Of a stretch of DNA of 64,000 nucleotides, positions 61,711 to 64,000 are shown piece after piece. Each line of letters starts with the position of its first letter. The stretch's first letter is position 1. The stretch lies in contig JAPOVI010000309.1 of NCBI GenBank assembly GCA_026708265.1, positions 12,949 through 76,948 on the forward strand. The letters are read 5' to 3'. Origin of the DNA: Acidobacteriota bacterium. Lineage in GTDB: Bacteria > Acidobacteriota > Vicinamibacteria > Vicinamibacterales > UBA8438. The notes below the pieces were generated by a model. The model saw only the letters and a list, made by a program, of their open reading frames with translations, was not told the origin of the DNA and did no database searches. The position numbers and the translations under genes were made by a program.

Positions 61711-63200
61711 CTCACATCGCGCTCGGCGAATGTCACCCGTTCGAGGCCGCGGGACGGCACTTCCTCTATCTCGTGCCGAGCGCCGCGGTATTCGCGCTCG
61801 ACGACACCTCGGCCGCGGTCGTCGACACGCTGCGCGGGCGGCAACTGGCACCGGCAGAGCTCATGGCGCGCCTCGCCGGCCGCTTCGAGCCTGCGGAGGT
61901 CGAGGCCACGCTCTCCGAGCTGGCCGGTGCGCGGGCGATCCTGCCGGTCGACCCCGCGCGGGCGGCGGAGCCCGCCCCGGCGCCCGCCCCGAACATCATT
62001 CCGCTGACGCCGATCCCGCTCTCGACGCTCGTCGTCAACGTCACCAACCGCTGCAACCTCAGTTGCGCGTACTGCTACGAGTACGGCGAGGACAAGATCG
62101 CCGAGCCGACGGCGGGCGGGATGCCGAAGCTGATGAGCGAGGAGACGGCGCGCGAGAGCGTCGACTTCATGATCGAGCGCTCCGGCAACAGCCCGGTCGT
62201 GCGGCTGACCTTCTTCGGCGGCGAGACGCTGTTGAACTTCGCGGTGCTGGAGAAGACCATCCCCTACGCGCGGGCCCGCGCCGCCGAGGCCGGGAAGCGC
62301 GTCGAGTTCAGCCTGACGACCAACGGGACGCTGCTCCGCCCCGAGGTCATCGAGTTCCTGGCCGACAACGACGTCGGCGTCACCATCTCCATCGACGGCC
62401 CGAAGGAGATGCAGGACAAGTTCCGCGTCTTCCACGACGGCCGCGGGAGCTACGACGTGGTGGCCCCGAAGGTGCGGGAGCTGCTCAAGCGGCACCGCTC
62501 GCGGCCGATCGGGGCGCGCGTGACGCTGACCTCCGACGTCCTCGACATCACCCGCATCTACCGGCACCTGACCGACGACATCGGCTTCTGGGAGGTCGGC
62601 TTCGCGCCCGTCACCACGTCGCCGGGGCGTTCCCACGCGATCGGCGAGACCGGCTTCGAGTCGATGCTGGCGCAGTTCAGGTCCCTGGGGTACGAGTTCC
62701 TGGAGGCCGCGCTCGAGGGTCGGCGGCACGGCTTCAGCAACGTGCGCGACACGATCGAGGAGCTGCACAAGGGCGCCAGCAAGGCGCTTCCGTGCGGGGC
62801 CGGGCTGGGGCTGATGGGGGTGGCCACCAACGGCGACGTGGCCCTCTGCCACCGCTTCGCCGGCTCCGACGACCACAAGCTGGGGACCGTGCGCGACGGC
62901 GTGGACGGCGCGGCGCAGGAGGCGTTCCTCGACGCCCACCACATCGACCGCAAGACCGACTGCCGGACGTGCTGGGCGCGTCCCCTCTGCGCCGGCGGCT
63001 GCTACCACGAGGCGCACACCCGCTACGGCACGACCGAGGCGCCCAACCTCCACTACTGCGAGTGGATCCGCGGCTGGACCGAGTCCTGCCTGGAGATCTA
63101 CGGCGAGATCGCCGAACGGAACCCCGCGTTCCTGCGACAGTTCGACTCGCCGGCGGGTCCGGCGACCGAGGTGAACGATGACGCATCTGAGGCCCGTTAA
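61707..63200 (+). CDS. qhpD: radical SAM/SPASM maturase of QhpC
   Basis: ATG 61707 overlaps the qhpA stop (ATGA). CNLSCAYCYE is the CxxxCxxC radical SAM motif. C-terminal CGAGLG...CHRF...CRTCWARPLCAGGCYHEA is SPASM-type. Confidence 0.85.
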   Translation: MTHIALGECHPFEAAGRHFLYLVPSAAVFALDDTSAAVVDTLRGRQLAPAELMARLAGRFEPAEVEATLSELAGARAILPVDPARAAEPAPAPAPNIIPLTPIPLSTLVVNVTNRCNLSCAYCYEYGEDKIAEPTAGGMPKLMSEETARESVDFMIERSGNSPVVRLTFFGGETLLNFAVLEKTIPYARARAAEAGKRVEFSLTTNGTLLRPEVIEFLADNDVGVTISIDGPKEMQDKFRVFHDGRGSYDVVAPKVRELLKRHRSRPIGARVTLTSDVLDITRIYRHLTDDIGFWEVGFAPVTTSPGRSHAIGETGFESMLAQFRSLGYEFLEAALEGRRHGFSNVRDTIEELHKGASKALPCGAGLGLMGVATNGDVALCHRFAGSDDHKLGTVRDGVDGAAQEAFLDAHHIDRKTDCRTCWARPLCAGGCYHEAHTRYGTTEAPNLHYCEWIRGWTESCLEIYGEIAERNPAFLRQFDSPAGPATEVNDDASEAR

Positions 63201-63549
63201 CCAGAAGGCGGCCCGCATCGCGTACGAGGCGACCGAGGCTCGCCGCCGCGCCGCGCAGGCCGACGGGCGCGTGGTGGCCCTGCAGGACGGCCCGGCCGCG
63301 CCGCCCAAGGCCGAAGGCCCGCACATCCCGATGGGCTGCAGCTTCGTCTTCTATCCGGGGTGGGAGGTCGACGCCAACGGCGGTACGGCGGGGCTGTGCC
63401 AGCCGGTCGAGCGCGACCTCTTCGACTGCCACCTGGGCTGTTTCTGGCCGGCGCAGGTGCCGGACCAGTTGAATCATGCGCCGGATTGGACCAGCAAGTG
63501 CGCGGCGGCGCAGAAGGACTGGCGGAAGGTTGACCTCATATTCCCGTAG
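63178..63549 (+). CDS. qhpC: quinohemoprotein amine dehydrogenase gamma subunit precursor (CTQ/thioether peptide)
   Basis: ATG 63178 after GAGGTG. The core GCSFVFYPGWEVDANGGTAGLCQPVERDLFDCHLGCFWPAQVPD keeps four spacings: C to E +9, C to D +6, C to W +6 and C to D +8. The Cys-to-Cys offsets are 20, 10 and 4. These match the published Cys7-Glu16, Cys27-Asp33, Cys37/Trp43 and Cys41-Asp49 pattern. Confidence 0.85.
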   Translation: MTHLRPVNQKAARIAYEATEARRRAAQADGRVVALQDGPAAPPKAEGPHIPMGCSFVFYPGWEVDANGGTAGLCQPVERDLFDCHLGCFWPAQVPDQLNHAPDWTSKCAAAQKDWRKVDLIFP

Positions 63550-64000
63550 GACGCTCCTCCTGCTGCTCGTGGTCACTCTTGCAGTCGCGGCGCCGGCCGC
63601 GGCACAGCCCGGCATTGGAGCAACGACACCCGGCGTGGAGGTCGTCGCGGGCAACGGGACGCTCTACCTCGCCGCGTTTCCGAGTCGCATCCTCGTGATC
63701 GACGAGGCCACCGCGAGCGTCGTGGACGAGATCGCGGTTCCGCACGGCCCGCCGCGCGCGCTGGTCGTCTCGGCGGACCGGAGCCGGTTCCACTTCGTCG
63801 ACACGACCTTCGAGCACATGACCACGGTCGACATAGCCGCGCGGGAGGTGGCCGACTCGTTCACCCTCAGCGAGGGGAACCGGAAGGTGCGCATCCGGTC
63901 GTTCCGGGTCGCGCCCGACGGAGCGACGGCGATTCTCCACGTCGACGCGGCGACCAAGCTCATCGACCGCTACGAGGTGGAGCCGTACAGCCTGCTGCAG
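63530..64000 (+). CDS. qhpB: quinohemoprotein amine dehydrogenase beta subunit (beta-propeller), 3' end beyond the window
   Basis: Absent from the ORF track because it is open at the window end. My translation from TTG 63530 reads MTSYSRRTLLLLLVVTLAVAAPAAAQ (signal), then ...GTLYLAAFPSRILVIDEATASVVDEIAVPHGP...FHFVDTTFEHMTTVDIAAREV.... Position after qhpC fits qhpB. The start codon is uncertain. Confidence 0.7.
   Translation, partial: MTSYSRRTLLLLLVVTLAVAAPAAAQPGIGATTPGVEVVAGNGTLYLAAFPSRILVIDEATASVVDEIAVPHGPPRALVVSADRSRFHFVDTTFEHMTTVDIAAREVADSFTLSEGNRKVRIRSFRVAPDGATAILHVDAATKLIDRYEVEPYSLLQ

Noticed and set aside
57948-64000. Presenting the qhp cluster as the undescribed system
   Set aside because: The gene set and the QhpC crosslink residue pattern match the characterised quinohemoprotein amine dehydrogenase system. 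It is reported as a known system with lineage and organisation peculiarities only.

Overview
High-GC bacterial chromosomal window (roughly 70% G+C by eye), probably from an Acidobacteriota- or Gemmatimonadota-like soil or sediment organism; that assignment rests only on gene content and composition. I call about 55 genes, and most encode exported or periplasmic proteins. There is no rRNA, CRISPR array, integrase or transposase. Many long ORFs in the track are Arg/Pro-rich antisense or read-through shadows; I trimmed or ignored them. Main content, in order: (1) Housekeeping and periplasmic enzymes at 0-6.2 kb. (2) A decayed accessory hotspot at 6.2-8.4 kb: a stub of an ATPase gene, intact vapBC, two halves of a DUF4143 ATPase on opposite strands, six GGCAG boxes phased at 23-24 bp, tRNA-Gln(CTG), and three tandem 89-bp tRNA-like repeats. 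(3) Three tandem paralogs of an uncharacterised secreted protein family at 11.9-15.1 kb, plus a fourth copy at 55.9-56.6 kb with an in-frame internal deletion. (4) Ordinary hydrolases, peptidases and hsp20 at 15-25 kb. (5) Two copies of a recurring exported module: a DUF1592-type CxxCH protein overlapping a Tat-signal DUF1552 protein by 4 nt, next to secreted ankyrin-repeat paralogs and periplasmic redox enzymes (GMC flavoprotein with its small Tat subunit, PQQ propellers, and a cytochrome c fused to a Cu-monooxygenase-like domain). The first copy spans 25.4-38.8 kb. The second is an eight-gene co-directional cluster at 45.2-56.6 kb. This module is my best candidate for an undescribed system. 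(6) A more AT-rich island at 38.8-43.6 kb carrying an SRA-like/HNH nuclease, a possible decayed Phd/PIN pair, an AAA+DUF234 ATPase and hicAB. (7) A recognisable quinohemoprotein amine dehydrogenase cluster at 57.9-64.0 kb (candidate qhpG, then qhpA-qhpD-qhpC-qhpB). All four QhpC crosslinking Cys positions and their partner residues keep the published spacing. The last gene is cut by the window end. All homology calls come from motif recognition by eye, not from database searches.
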